Below, piece after piece: positions 23,451 to 32,315 of a DNA stretch of 38,178 nt. The notes under the pieces were generated by a model. The model had not been told where the DNA came from. It made no database searches and saw nothing but the letters and a program-made list of their open reading frames with translations. How positions within the stretch are numbered: position 1 is the stretch's first letter; the number at the start of each line of letters is the position of its first letter. The translations under genes and the position numbers were made by a program. The stretch is from Thermoplasmatota archaeon. GTDB taxonomy: Archaea > Thermoplasmatota > Thermoplasmata > Thermoplasmatales > ARK-15. The stretch covers positions 1 to 38,178 of the forward strand of contig JAVRLJ010000002.1 in assembly GCA_031961585.1 (NCBI GenBank), given 5' to 3'.

Positions 23451-23951
23451 TCAGATATCAACCCTTTCAAGGTAATGGCCCCTGAGCTCAAACCTTGAAC
23501 TCCTTTTTATTATTCCCTTCAGAAATGTGAGGGAAAGATTTAGAGCTGTCTGAACATTACCAATGTAAACGGATTTCTGGTTACCCATCACCTCCAGTAT
23601 TCTTTTCTCGTATTTTTCAAGTTCTTCCTCGCTCATGGTTGAAATGTAAATTACATCGGGGAGTTCAATTATTGGTAATGTAACGTTTATCTGAACCGTA
23701 TCATAAAATGCCCTGTATGCCTTTGTTGTCTGACCTGACGGAGTTGTGAGCCACTGGGATTCCACAAGTTTTATCTTCTCCAGGTAAAGGAGGGCGAGTT
23801 TTCCATCCTTACCATATTTCTTCAGAATTTCCTCCTCACTCCTCCATCCACCAAGTAGATCAAGAAAAACATTCCTTTTTATTTCCGTATCTGCGGTGTG
23901 AAAAATAGCAACAAGATCGGATACATCATTAATTGCCTTAATCTTGCTCAT
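23451..23951 (-). CDS. Putative DNA-binding protein with two winged-helix-like halves (ArsR-like)
   Basis: Helix-rich segments are followed by beta-hairpin-like wings in both halves (..RNVFLDLLGGWRSEEEILKKYG...LVESQW.. and ..RILEVMGNQKSVYIGNVQTALNLSLTFLKGIIKRSSRFELRG). The family assignment is by eye only. Confidence 0.5.
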   Translation of the reverse strand: MSKIKAINDVSDLVAIFHTADTEIKRNVFLDLLGGWRSEEEILKKYGKDGKLALLYLEKIKLVESQWLTTPSGQTTKAYRAFYDTVQINVTLPIIELPDVIYISTMSEEELEKYEKRILEVMGNQKSVYIGNVQTALNLSLTFLKGIIKRSSRFELRGHYLERVDI

Positions 23952-24008
23952 AATGATCCTTAACCTATATGCAAAGGATAAATATATATTTTAAGACCAT
24001 TTTACCAT

Positions 24009-24212
24009 GTGATTAAATGCAAAATTGCACTTGAAATCAAGGATCCAAAAAATGTTTTAATGGCCATTGATCCTGAAAACAGGGGTTATGTTGAGTGTAG
24101 AGTTGAAAATAACAGGTTGGTTTGTGAATGGGAATCAAAAAACATAAACAGTTTTATGAGGACCTTTGATGATCTGATAACATCAATAATTCTATCAAAC
24201 AATTTATTGTAG
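24009..24212 (+). CDS. pcc1: Pcc1-like KEOPS subunit (tentative)
   Basis: 67 aa with a beta-alpha-beta pattern resembling Pcc1/CTAG (IALEIKDPKNVLMAIDPEN...RVENNRLVCEWESKNINSFMRTFDDLITSI). It has a GTG start, and no in-frame ATG would preserve the first strand. Confidence 0.5.
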   Translation: MIKCKIALEIKDPKNVLMAIDPENRGYVECRVENNRLVCEWESKNINSFMRTFDDLITSIILSNNLL

Positions 24213-25418
24213 AATTTCGCCATATAGATAAAATGGCTCTGCATCCGTTATTTTTACCCTGTAATGTTTTCCAATTTCACCATTTTTTAATATTACAGGT
24301 CTGTAACCATCTGTTCTTCCAAGAAAGTTTCTTTTCCCCTTCTCCGTAACAATAACATCAAAATCAAGACCAAGCAGTTCCCTGTTCCTCTCAAGTGAAA
24401 TGTTATAGTGAATATCAGTTAGAACCTTTGATCTTTCCTTTGCTGTTATTGATGGAATCTGTTTCATTTTGTATGCAATCGTCCCTTCCCTCGGTGAGAA
24501 TCTTGTTATATTGAGTATATCAGGTCTTGTTTTTTCTACAATTTTTATTGTATTTTCAAAGGCTGTATCATCCTCACCGGGAAATCCTACTATTATGTCC
24601 GTTGAAAGTGTAAAGTGTTTAAATTCGTTTTTAATTTTATCATAAATTTTGATAAAATCTTCAGAATTATATTCTCTCCCCATAATTTCAAGTATTCTGT
24701 CATCACCGCTCTGTACTGGTATATGAAAGAATTTGAAAATCTTTTCATTTTTATAAACTTCAAGAAGATCATCAATGATCCTTAGTGTATTTTTTGGCTC
24801 CATCATACCAACCCTTATTCTGAAGTCGCCTTCCAAACCAGTTATTTTTTCAAGAAGATCGGCCAGTGTTTTGCCCTTATCCATACCGTAGCTGGCCGTA
24901 TCAAGGGCACTGAGCCTAATTTCCCTGAATCCTTTTTTAACAGCATTCCTTACCTTTTCAATTATCACTTCCTCATCATAACTTTTCAAATTTCCCCTTG
25001 AAAGTTTTGAAATACAGTATGTGCAATGACCGGTACAACCCTGAGCAATTGGAATTGTAACAGTGTTCTCAATTAAAGGAATATTTTCAGTGTTTACGGA
25101 TAAACCATTTATGTTTATTTTTCCATCAAAGTCCCTGGCCTTAATTTTTGTAACATTAAATTTTTTCAGGAGATCCTCCCTGGCACCTGGAAGACAGCCA
25201 TAAACAATCAAATCCTTGCCGAGCTTTTCCAGTTCAACAATCCTTTTCAACATCTGATTCTCTGTATGTTTTATAACAACACACGTGCCAATTATTATTT
25301 TATCTGCCTCTTCAGGCTTTTCCGTTATCTCATATCCACTATCGATAAAACCCTGGACAATGTGCATTGTTTCCGCCTGGTTCAAGGCGCATCCATATTT
25401 TTCGTAGTATATTTTCAC
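24204..25418 (-). CDS. Archaeal MiaB-like radical SAM methylthiotransferase (MtaB/CDKAL1 type, ms2t6A)
   Basis: UPF0004 N-domain cysteines (YGCALN, GTCVV, YGCLPG), radical SAM CTGHCTYC and a C-terminal TRAM domain. The start is taken at GTG 25418 (VKIYYEKYGC). The track extension to 25700 is low-complexity and overlaps gcvPA. Confidence 0.85.
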   Translation of the reverse strand: MKIYYEKYGCALNQAETMHIVQGFIDSGYEITEKPEEADKIIIGTCVVIKHTENQMLKRIVELEKLGKDLIVYGCLPGAREDLLKKFNVTKIKARDFDGKININGLSVNTENIPLIENTVTIPIAQGCTGHCTYCISKLSRGNLKSYDEEVIIEKVRNAVKKGFREIRLSALDTASYGMDKGKTLADLLEKITGLEGDFRIRVGMMEPKNTLRIIDDLLEVYKNEKIFKFFHIPVQSGDDRILEIMGREYNSEDFIKIYDKIKNEFKHFTLSTDIIVGFPGEDDTAFENTIKIVEKTRPDILNITRFSPREGTIAYKMKQIPSITAKERSKVLTDIHYNISLERNRELLGLDFDVIVTEKGKRNFLGRTDGYRPVILKNGEIGKHYRVKITDAEPFYLYGEILQ

Positions 25419-25512
25419 GAATTTTCCATAAATGGACAATTTTAAAAAATTTTCTCGAAAACAAATATTTATTAGATGAATGGTGATACTGTCCAAAAAG
25501 AAGGTGAATTTT

Positions 25513-26838
25513 ATGGAAGAAAAGGAAATGATGGATTTCCTGAAAATAAAGAGCATTGATGAACTTTTTTCAGATATTCCTGAGGAGGTAAAAATCAAAA
25601 AGCTTGAACTACCAGATGGAATTGATGAGCATTCATTGAGAATACTTGCAAGAGACATTCTCAGAAGGAACATAACCGCCTTTGATATGCCCATGTTCAT
25701 AGGCGCTGGAGTTTACAACCACTACATTCCAAGTTCCGTTTTCACAATAATATCAAGATCTGAGTTTATTACAAGTTACACACCATATCAGCCTGAAATT
25801 TCACAGGGTATGTTACAGACGCTTTTTGAGTACCAGAGTTACATTGCCGAGCTGACAGGTATGGATGTGGCAAATGCATCCATGTACGATTTTTCAACAG
25901 CTCTTGGTGAAGCGGGAAGAATGGCATATGCAATAAATGAAAAGAAGGAAATACTTGTTCCCAGGAATATGCTTTGGGAGAAAAAGAGTGTACTCTGGAA
26001 CTATGTTAAGGGTCTGGGCATGAAAATAATTGAATATCCCTATGATTCAAAAACTGGGAAGGTTGATCTTGAAAAACTCAAATCATTGATAAATGATAAT
26101 ACTTCAGCGGTTTATGTGGAAAATCCCAACTTTTTTGGAATAATTGATGATACTCTTCTGAAAATAAGGGAACTGGGGAAGTTTATTTATATTGTTGGTG
26201 TGAACCCCATTTCTCTTGGGATACTTAAACCTCCCGGAGAGTACGGTGCTGATATTGTAATAGGTGAAGGACAGATTCTCGGTAATGCAATGAACTTCGG
26301 AGGCCCTCTGCTTGGAATATTTGCAACAAGGATGGATTATTTAAGGAAAATGCCCGGAAGGTTGATAGGTATGTCAAGGGATAAAAATGGGAAAAGGGCA
26401 TTCGTTATGACCTTCCAGACAAGGGAACAGCATATAAGGAGGGCAAAGGCAACAAGCAACATATGCTCAAATGAAGCTCTCTGTGCTGTTGCCTCAGCAG
26501 CATACCTTTCAGTTCTTGGTAAATCAGGCCTTGAAAAGGTTGCGGAAATAAACATGAAAAGGGCAAGGTATGCTATGGAAAAAATAACATCCATCAATGG
26601 TTATAAGCTTGTCTTCGATTCACCCTTCTTCAACGAATTTCTCATCAGGCTTCCAGGGGATGAAATAAAAATACACAATCATCTCCTTTCAAAGGGAATA
26701 CATGGTGGATATCTCCTGAACACATTTTCAAGGAACGGTTATCCTGAAATAGGAAATGGAATGATTTTTAATGTTACCGAAGTGCATACGGATGATCACA
26801 TTAACATGCTTGTTGATGCCCTCAAGGAGGTGGCATGA
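25513..26838 (+). CDS. gcvPA: Glycine dehydrogenase (decarboxylating) subunit 1
   Basis: GcvPA blocks are present (SIDELFSDIP..., FIGAGVYNHYIPS, SYTPYQPEISQG, ...TREQHIRRAKATSNICSNEAL). ATG 25513 has AAGGTGA 5 nt upstream; ATG 25480 is an alternative start. Confidence 0.92.
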   Translation: MEEKEMMDFLKIKSIDELFSDIPEEVKIKKLELPDGIDEHSLRILARDILRRNITAFDMPMFIGAGVYNHYIPSSVFTIISRSEFITSYTPYQPEISQGMLQTLFEYQSYIAELTGMDVANASMYDFSTALGEAGRMAYAINEKKEILVPRNMLWEKKSVLWNYVKGLGMKIIEYPYDSKTGKVDLEKLKSLINDNTSAVYVENPNFFGIIDDTLLKIRELGKFIYIVGVNPISLGILKPPGEYGADIVIGEGQILGNAMNFGGPLLGIFATRMDYLRKMPGRLIGMSRDKNGKRAFVMTFQTREQHIRRAKATSNICSNEALCAVASAAYLSVLGKSGLEKVAEINMKRARYAMEKITSINGYKLVFDSPFFNEFLIRLPGDEIKIHNHLLSKGIHGGYLLNTFSRNGYPEIGNGMIFNVTEVHTDDHINMLVDALKEVA

Positions 26839-28296
26839 ATGTTCCATCAGGCTGTCTGGGATGAAAAACTTATTGTGGAAATGAATGGAAAAAGAACAGT
26901 AAAGTTACCAAACGAGGATTTCAACGGTAATGTTATTTTACCTGAGGATATGAAAAGATCCACACTAAACCTTGTTGACAATGAAGAGTATGAGGTTTTG
27001 AGACATTACGTTAGACTTTCACAGATGAACTATGCTGTGGATGTTAACACATATCCTCTCGGATCCTGTACAATGAAATTCAACCCGAAGATCGCAGATG
27101 AAATTTCATCCATGGATGAAATAAGGTACATACATCCATACCAGGATCAATCAACCGTCCAGGGTGCCCTGAGGATCATGTACGAGGTTCAGGAATACCT
27201 TAAGGTAATAGGTGGTATGGATGCTGTAACATTACAGCCCGTTGCCGGTGCGGATGGTGAATTCACAGGTCTATTGATTGTCAGGGCGTACCATGAGAAC
27301 AGGGGAGATTCTAAGAGGGATGAGATCATTGTTCCTGATTCTGCCCATGGCACGAATCCAGCAAGTTCAACAATGGCAGGTTTTAATACAATCGAGATAC
27401 CTTCAAATGAACATGGAATGGTTAACCTTGATTCATTGAAAAGTGCACTTTCAGATAAAACCGCTGCATTCATGATCACAAACCCAAACACACTGGGCAT
27501 ATTTGAGGAAAACATTGTGAAAATAGCAAAGATGGTCCACGATGCAGGCGCACTCCTTTATTACGATGGTGCAAACCTGAACGGTATAATGGGTAAAACA
27601 ACACCGGGAAAGATGGGATTCGATATAGTTCATTTCAACCTCCACAAAACATTCGCAACACCCCATGGTGGTGGTGGCCCGGGTGCGGGACCGGTTGGTG
27701 TTAAAAAGCACCTTGCTGAATTCCTGCCTGTTCCAGTCATTGATTTTGATGGATCCAAGTATTATTTGAACTATAACGTAAAACATTCAATAGGAAAGGT
27801 GAGCGGTTATTACGGTAACTTTGCTGTTATTGTGCGCGCCTGGGCATACATGAAACTGATGGGAGGAAATGGATTAACAAGGGCAACAGAAAGGGCCGTG
27901 CTGAACACAAATTATCTCAAGGAAAAATTAAAGGGCTACTATGATCTGCCCTACAAGGATCTAAGAAAACATGAGGTGGTTTTCAGCAGCACAAACCTGA
28001 AGAAATATGGCGTTAGAACGCTTGATGTTGCAAAGAGAATGCTTGATTACGGTGTTCATGCACCAACCATTTATTTCCCGTTGATAGTTGAGGAGGCACT
28101 CATGATTGAGCCGACGGAAACGGAATCAAAATCATCACTGGATAGACTTGCTGAAACAATGATAAACATAGCAAAGGAGGCAAAGGAGAATCCACAGGTT
28201 CTGAAAGAGGCTCCGCACAACACACCTGTTGGAAGAATAGATGAGGTTGAGGCAGTAAGGAACCCTGTATTAACATGGAAAATGATAAGGAAATGA
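26839..28296 (+). CDS. gcvPB: Glycine dehydrogenase (decarboxylating) subunit 2
   Basis: PLP-lysine motif HFNLHKTFATPHGGGGPGAGPVGV. The gene is directly adjacent to gcvPA (TGAATG). Confidence 0.95.
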   Translation: MFHQAVWDEKLIVEMNGKRTVKLPNEDFNGNVILPEDMKRSTLNLVDNEEYEVLRHYVRLSQMNYAVDVNTYPLGSCTMKFNPKIADEISSMDEIRYIHPYQDQSTVQGALRIMYEVQEYLKVIGGMDAVTLQPVAGADGEFTGLLIVRAYHENRGDSKRDEIIVPDSAHGTNPASSTMAGFNTIEIPSNEHGMVNLDSLKSALSDKTAAFMITNPNTLGIFEENIVKIAKMVHDAGALLYYDGANLNGIMGKTTPGKMGFDIVHFNLHKTFATPHGGGGPGAGPVGVKKHLAEFLPVPVIDFDGSKYYLNYNVKHSIGKVSGYYGNFAVIVRAWAYMKLMGGNGLTRATERAVLNTNYLKEKLKGYYDLPYKDLRKHEVVFSSTNLKKYGVRTLDVAKRMLDYGVHAPTIYFPLIVEEALMIEPTETESKSSLDRLAETMINIAKEAKENPQVLKEAPHNTPVGRIDEVEAVRNPVLTWKMIRK

Positions 28297-28399
28297 TTTA
28301 ACAAAATGTCCAATTTTTATTAACTTTCCTTACTTTTTTTTATCAATTTGTTAAATTTTTAATAACAAATAATATATTCAACAAAACAATTTTATCATT

Positions 28400-29335
28400 A
28401 TGGATGAGATCTATCTACCCGGATCAATTGAAAATTTAAGTGAAAGAGAGCTGGAAAAAAAGAGAGTTTATGGTTCCATTGGAACTGAAGTGATAAAAAA
28501 TCTAACGGATTATTTTCTAAAAAATAGTTTTCAGTGGCTTTTACCCGTTGTATTTTCATATTCAACCGATCCTCTATGGCCCGATCCTGGTGCATCCATA
28601 GAAAAAAGAATTGAGGTGGAAATCTATGGAAAAAGGGTGAGGACAACGCAGAGCATGATCGTTCATAAAATTGTTGCATGTTCCCTTGTTTATGAAAAAA
28701 TATTCGTTCTCTCACCAAACGTTAGAATTGAGAGAAGGGAAAGGGCAAAAACAGGAAGGCATCTCTATGAATTCACACAGCTGGATTTTGAATCAAGAAA
28801 TGCAGGTTCAAAGCAAATCATGGATCTCGTTGAGAATGCAATGGTTCATCTTAAAAACAAACTCCTGGAAAATCCATTTGCCCATGATAGGATTAAAAAA
28901 ATTAGGAGACCATTCAAGATTTATGACATGAATGACCTGGAGAATGAATTCGGTAAATCATGGGAGGATGTTTTACCCCGGGAAATTGATAACCCTGTCT
29001 GGGTTGTTAATATTCCAAGGGAATTTTACGATTTTCAGGATTTTGAAACTGGTAGATGGGATAACTACGATCTTTATTTACCCGGTATAGGTGAGGTACT
29101 TTCCGGTGCAAGAAGGGAATTTGAATACGAAAAATTGGTGAAAAAGATGGAAAGGGATAACGTTAATAAGGAAAACTACAGGGTTCTTCTGGATCTATCG
29201 AAGAGCGGGAGAATAAAACCCACAGCAGGAGCAGGTATTGGTATTGAAAGGCTAATATCATGGATCGTTCATGCGGATCATGTGGGTGATGTACAGCTAT
29301 TCCCGAGGGTACCCGGTATGGTCTATGATCTTTGA
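28400..29335 (+). CDS. Class II aaRS catalytic-core paralog without an anticodon-binding domain (archaeal AsnRS-like asparagine synthetase A type)
   Basis: Motif 2-like VRIERRERAKTGRHLYEFTQLDFE and motif 3 GAGIGIERLISWI. At 311 aa it is too short for AspRS/AsnRS and lacks an N-terminal OB fold. Confidence 0.75.
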   Translation: MDEIYLPGSIENLSERELEKKRVYGSIGTEVIKNLTDYFLKNSFQWLLPVVFSYSTDPLWPDPGASIEKRIEVEIYGKRVRTTQSMIVHKIVACSLVYEKIFVLSPNVRIERRERAKTGRHLYEFTQLDFESRNAGSKQIMDLVENAMVHLKNKLLENPFAHDRIKKIRRPFKIYDMNDLENEFGKSWEDVLPREIDNPVWVVNIPREFYDFQDFETGRWDNYDLYLPGIGEVLSGARREFEYEKLVKKMERDNVNKENYRVLLDLSKSGRIKPTAGAGIGIERLISWIVHADHVGDVQLFPRVPGMVYDL

Positions 29336-29373
29336 TGGAAAATTTATTAATGATGTTGGTGAATATATAACCA

Positions 29374-30048
29374 ATGAGGGATTATCACATCCACACAATA
29401 CTTTCAACAGGCCTTTTCACAGTTAATGAAATAGTGGAATTTGCGTCAAGGAACGGCTTTGATGCAATAGGTATATGTGATAACTACAGAACAAGTAGGG
29501 TAAGATCAATACAGAACATTGATCTTTACCTTTCAACATTCAGGGATTACAGCATAAGGGTTTTCAGAGCAATTGAAATTGATTTTTCAAACTATTCTGA
29601 AATCGATAATGTTTTCGATGAAAATTTGAACAAACTTGATTATGTTTTGATTGAAAATGTTGAGGATAGGAGGTACAGCGGTCATCCATTCTGGATGCTT
29701 TTAAGTTACCTTGATAAAATAAAAGTTCCGGTGGGACTTTCACACAACAACATAGCGAGGAATTTTTCAGAAAAAAATATTCATGATTTCATTGATGTTC
29801 TTGAATCCAGGCAGATTTTCATTGAAATTAACACAAGTGACTATTACACACTGTTCGGGGAATACTATTTCGAATTGTCTTCGGATTTCTTTGAAAAAAT
29901 ATCAAAAAGAAACGTACCGGTTTCCATTGGCTCCGGAACAAGGGAAAAGCTTGAAGATATGCTTACCGTGAAAAAAGCTTATCAGTTTATTGAAAAAATG
30001 GATCTGAAAGAGAATTTGAAAATATTTGAAGAAAAATTGAAATTTTAA
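29374..30048 (+). CDS. PHP-domain metal-dependent phosphoesterase
   Basis: N-terminal DYHIHT (PHP motif I) followed by ...AIGICDN... and later His/Asp positions. About 220 aa. Confidence 0.65.
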   Translation: MRDYHIHTILSTGLFTVNEIVEFASRNGFDAIGICDNYRTSRVRSIQNIDLYLSTFRDYSIRVFRAIEIDFSNYSEIDNVFDENLNKLDYVLIENVEDRRYSGHPFWMLLSYLDKIKVPVGLSHNNIARNFSEKNIHDFIDVLESRQIFIEINTSDYYTLFGEYYFELSSDFFEKISKRNVPVSIGSGTREKLEDMLTVKKAYQFIEKMDLKENLKIFEEKLKF

Positions 30049-31574
30049 TTGCCTGGCTGTGCCTCTGGAATTTTTATCCTTGATGGCTCAACAAGATAAC
30101 CCTTCCTTTTTGCAACCCTTTCAATTGTTTCTATGAAAAGCCAGTAGAATGGATATATACCATAGTAATACCATTTTTCGTTGAAGTAATTTTTGAGTAT
30201 TCTTTTTCCCTGCCTGACTCCATGTGAAAGGCATATTTTCAAAAGTTCCTGGTGCCTTTCAGTTAACTCGAATGCCCTGAACCAGTCCTTATCCTTAAAC
30301 ACACCCATTGGAACAAAGAACATGGGCATTATTAATGCCTTGAAATCCCACAGCCTTTCAACAAGTTCAATTGTCTTTATTACATCATCCTCCGTTTCCT
30401 CGGGCAAACCTGCTATAAGTGTCATGGCAGGTATTATACCATTATCCTGCATTATTCCAGCGCTTTCAACAACCACTTCAGGCCAGTCCTTTGTTTCAAA
30501 TGGCTTTGCCTTGTTGGGCATGATTATTTCAGCAAGCCTTGGTGAGCCAGTTTCAACACCAACCTCCACACCCCACCAGTCCTGATCCTTTCTTATGATT
30601 TCACTTACCCTGCTTATGAGTTTAGAATCCTTTTCTCCCTTAACAATTGCAGCGAGACTGGCATGGCTCCAGGCAAGTGTTTTATAATACTTCTTTGCCA
30701 GTTCATGTACTTTTATCACCTTTTCAGCGTTTGGTATAACACCGTTTGCACCGTATAGGAGAATATCCTCCGAATGCAAAATTCCTGCCTTCAAACCTTC
30801 CCTTGTGTTCACCTTAAGTTCCTTTTCAATCTTTTCAAGTGGATAGTGCCTTAATGCCCTCAATGTTACTGAGCAGAATTTACATCCCCTGGGGCATCCT
30901 CTCATGATTTCAACAAGACCGTTAACGCTTGCATGCTTTATTTCTGATATTTCATCTATTGTTGGCGCATCCCTGTTGTTCATTACAACAAATTGCGGCA
31001 AAGGCTCATTCCTTAATGCTTTCCTCACAATATCCACAACAATTCTTTCCCCTTCACCATCCACAACGGTATCAATACCCCATTTTTCCATAAGGTCCTT
31101 CCTGTAGTTCCACTGCCATGCTGCGGGTCCCCCAGCTATTATCTTCACACCCCTTGCCTTTGCCTTTCTTATTGCTTCTGATTCCATCATATTTTTGAAT
31201 GATCTTGCGTTCAGGGGTTCAGTTTTAAATATTGAAGCAAAGGTGGATGATGGGGGCCCAAAACCGAAATAATCATGGTGTGATAAAAGAAGAACCTTTG
31301 CACTGGCAAGATACCTGTCAAGGTAGTCAGGATCCACCACAGCTGTATCTATACCTGAATCCACAAGCTTTGCCTCTATTTTTCTTATTCCATACGGTGC
31401 CTGCCATGGTATTCCATCCTTTGTTTTCATTTTTGGTGCAAAAAGCCACATCCAGAATCTTTCAGAGAAGAATATGGGTGTTCCTGTTGCTCCAAAACCA
31501 AGGAACTCCTTCCCATGATGGTTGCTCATCATTGTTCTGTCCGTTGTTATAACAACATCAACCATACCTTTCAC
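30045..31574 (-). CDS. Radical SAM protein with an N-terminal B12-binding-like (Rossmann) domain, function unknown
   Basis: CPRGCKFCSV (Cx3Cx2C) lies about 230 aa from the N-terminus, preceded by an alpha/beta domain (...VKIIAGGPAAW...). There are only four Cys in total. The track start is GTG 31574; ATG at 31565 is an alternative. Confidence 0.85.
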   Translation of the reverse strand: MKGMVDVVITTDRTMMSNHHGKEFLGFGATGTPIFFSERFWMWLFAPKMKTKDGIPWQAPYGIRKIEAKLVDSGIDTAVVDPDYLDRYLASAKVLLLSHHDYFGFGPPSSTFASIFKTEPLNARSFKNMMESEAIRKAKARGVKIIAGGPAAWQWNYRKDLMEKWGIDTVVDGEGERIVVDIVRKALRNEPLPQFVVMNNRDAPTIDEISEIKHASVNGLVEIMRGCPRGCKFCSVTLRALRHYPLEKIEKELKVNTREGLKAGILHSEDILLYGANGVIPNAEKVIKVHELAKKYYKTLAWSHASLAAIVKGEKDSKLISRVSEIIRKDQDWWGVEVGVETGSPRLAEIIMPNKAKPFETKDWPEVVVESAGIMQDNGIIPAMTLIAGLPEETEDDVIKTIELVERLWDFKALIMPMFFVPMGVFKDKDWFRAFELTERHQELLKICLSHGVRQGKRILKNYFNEKWYYYGIYPFYWLFIETIERVAKRKGYLVEPSRIKIPEAQPGN

Positions 31575-31914
31575 CCATTATTTTTTCAATCCTTTTTGGA
31601 AAAATATTATTCAAATTTATACTCCTAATTTCATTTTCAAGCCTGTTCACAAAGTTCATGTAACTTTGGAAAAGGAAACCTTCCTTCAGGGAATAGAAAT
31701 ATTTCCTTCCATACCTCCACCTTTCAATCACCTTCATCCTGTACAGTTCATTTAGTATCTGTGATACAGATGATCTGCTGTAATTTGTCAGTTCCATAAC
31801 ACTTGAAACTGTAAAAGGATCGGGAAGAGACATTATTGCCATTACAACATTTATGTGCGATTTTTTGTAACCAAGCAGTTTCATCAACCCAGCCAATCTT
31901 TTCTCCTGTCTCAT
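31558..31914 (-). CDS. Small winged-HTH transcription regulator (MarR/GbsR-like)
   Basis: ...FTVSSVMELTNYSRSSVSQILNELYRMKVIERWRYGRKYFYSL has an HTH-plus-wing pattern. Its 3' end overlaps the start of the radical SAM gene. Confidence 0.6.
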   Translation of the reverse strand: MRQEKRLAGLMKLLGYKKSHINVVMAIMSLPDPFTVSSVMELTNYSRSSVSQILNELYRMKVIERWRYGRKYFYSLKEGFLFQSYMNFVNRLENEIRSINLNNIFPKRIEKIMGERYG

Positions 31915-31977
31915 GTTATAACTTCCAACTTTTTCTGGAAATAATTAAAAGAAAATACCTATTTAACAGTTTTGTAG

Positions 31978-31991
31978 TAAAAAATAAAAAA
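31978..31991 (-). terminator. Oligo-T tract (T6-A-T7 on minus strand) directly after the rps10 stop
   Basis: The plus strand reads aaaaaaataaaaaa immediately 3' of the TAA stop (31994-31992). Archaeal RNAP terminates at oligo-T runs. Confidence 0.45.
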
Positions 31992-32303
31992 TTAGGATTT
32001 TAGTTCTATTTCAATGTGTATTCCATCCGGTATCTGGATCCTCATGAGCTGCCTTAGCGCCCTTTCGTCAGCCTCAATGTCAATGAGCCTTTTGTGAACG
32101 CGCATTTCCCATTTTTCCCATGTTGCGGATCCATCCCCACAGGGCGTCTTCCTCACGGGAACGATCAACCTCTTTGTTGGTAATGGCACGGGGCCATGAA
32201 GTTCTACACCGGTCCTCTGTGCGATACTCTTTATTTCGTTGCATACCTCCTCGACCTTTTTGTAATCGTTCCCGGAGAGCAATATCCTTGCCCTGTATAC
32301 CAT
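31992..32303 (-). CDS. rps10: 30S ribosomal protein S10
   Basis: ...[40 protein letters not shown]..., in the conserved position after tuf. Confidence 0.95.
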   Translation of the reverse strand: MVYRARILLSGNDYKKVEEVCNEIKSIAQRTGVELHGPVPLPTKRLIVPVRKTPCGDGSATWEKWEMRVHKRLIDIEADERALRQLMRIQIPDGIHIEIELKS

Positions 32304-32315
32304 TTAACCCACCAT

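Noticed and set aside
25419-25700. A 94-aa N-terminal extension of the MiaB-like ORF.
   Set aside because: It is Ser/Phe/Ile-rich low-complexity sequence that overlaps the gcvPA start region. The conserved methylthiotransferase N-terminus (VKIYYEKYGC) begins at GTG 25418.
25480-28296. gcvPA/gcvPB without adjacent gcvT/gcvH, and a short GcvPA N-terminus lacking the usual HPYIP-type motif.
   Set aside because: Dispersed gcv genes are common, and the N-terminal difference may simply reflect start-codon uncertainty (25480 versus 25513). I do not think it is a distinct finding.
29374-30048. The PHP-domain protein as RNase P subunit Rpp30, considered because Rpp21 is encoded nearby and Rpp30 has a related barrel fold.
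   Set aside because: The N-terminal DYHIHT metal-binding motif is typical of catalytic PHP phosphoesterases and is not a feature I associate with Rpp30. The gene is also 8 kb from rnp4.
30045-31574. The radical SAM protein as tetraether lipid synthase (Tes/GDGT-MAS).
   Set aside because: As I recall, GDGT-MAS needs several additional Fe-S/iron sites and hence many conserved cysteines. This protein has only four Cys, three of them in the Cx3Cx2C motif. A ring-synthase (Grs)-like or other class-B-like role remains possible but cannot be supported from the sequence alone.
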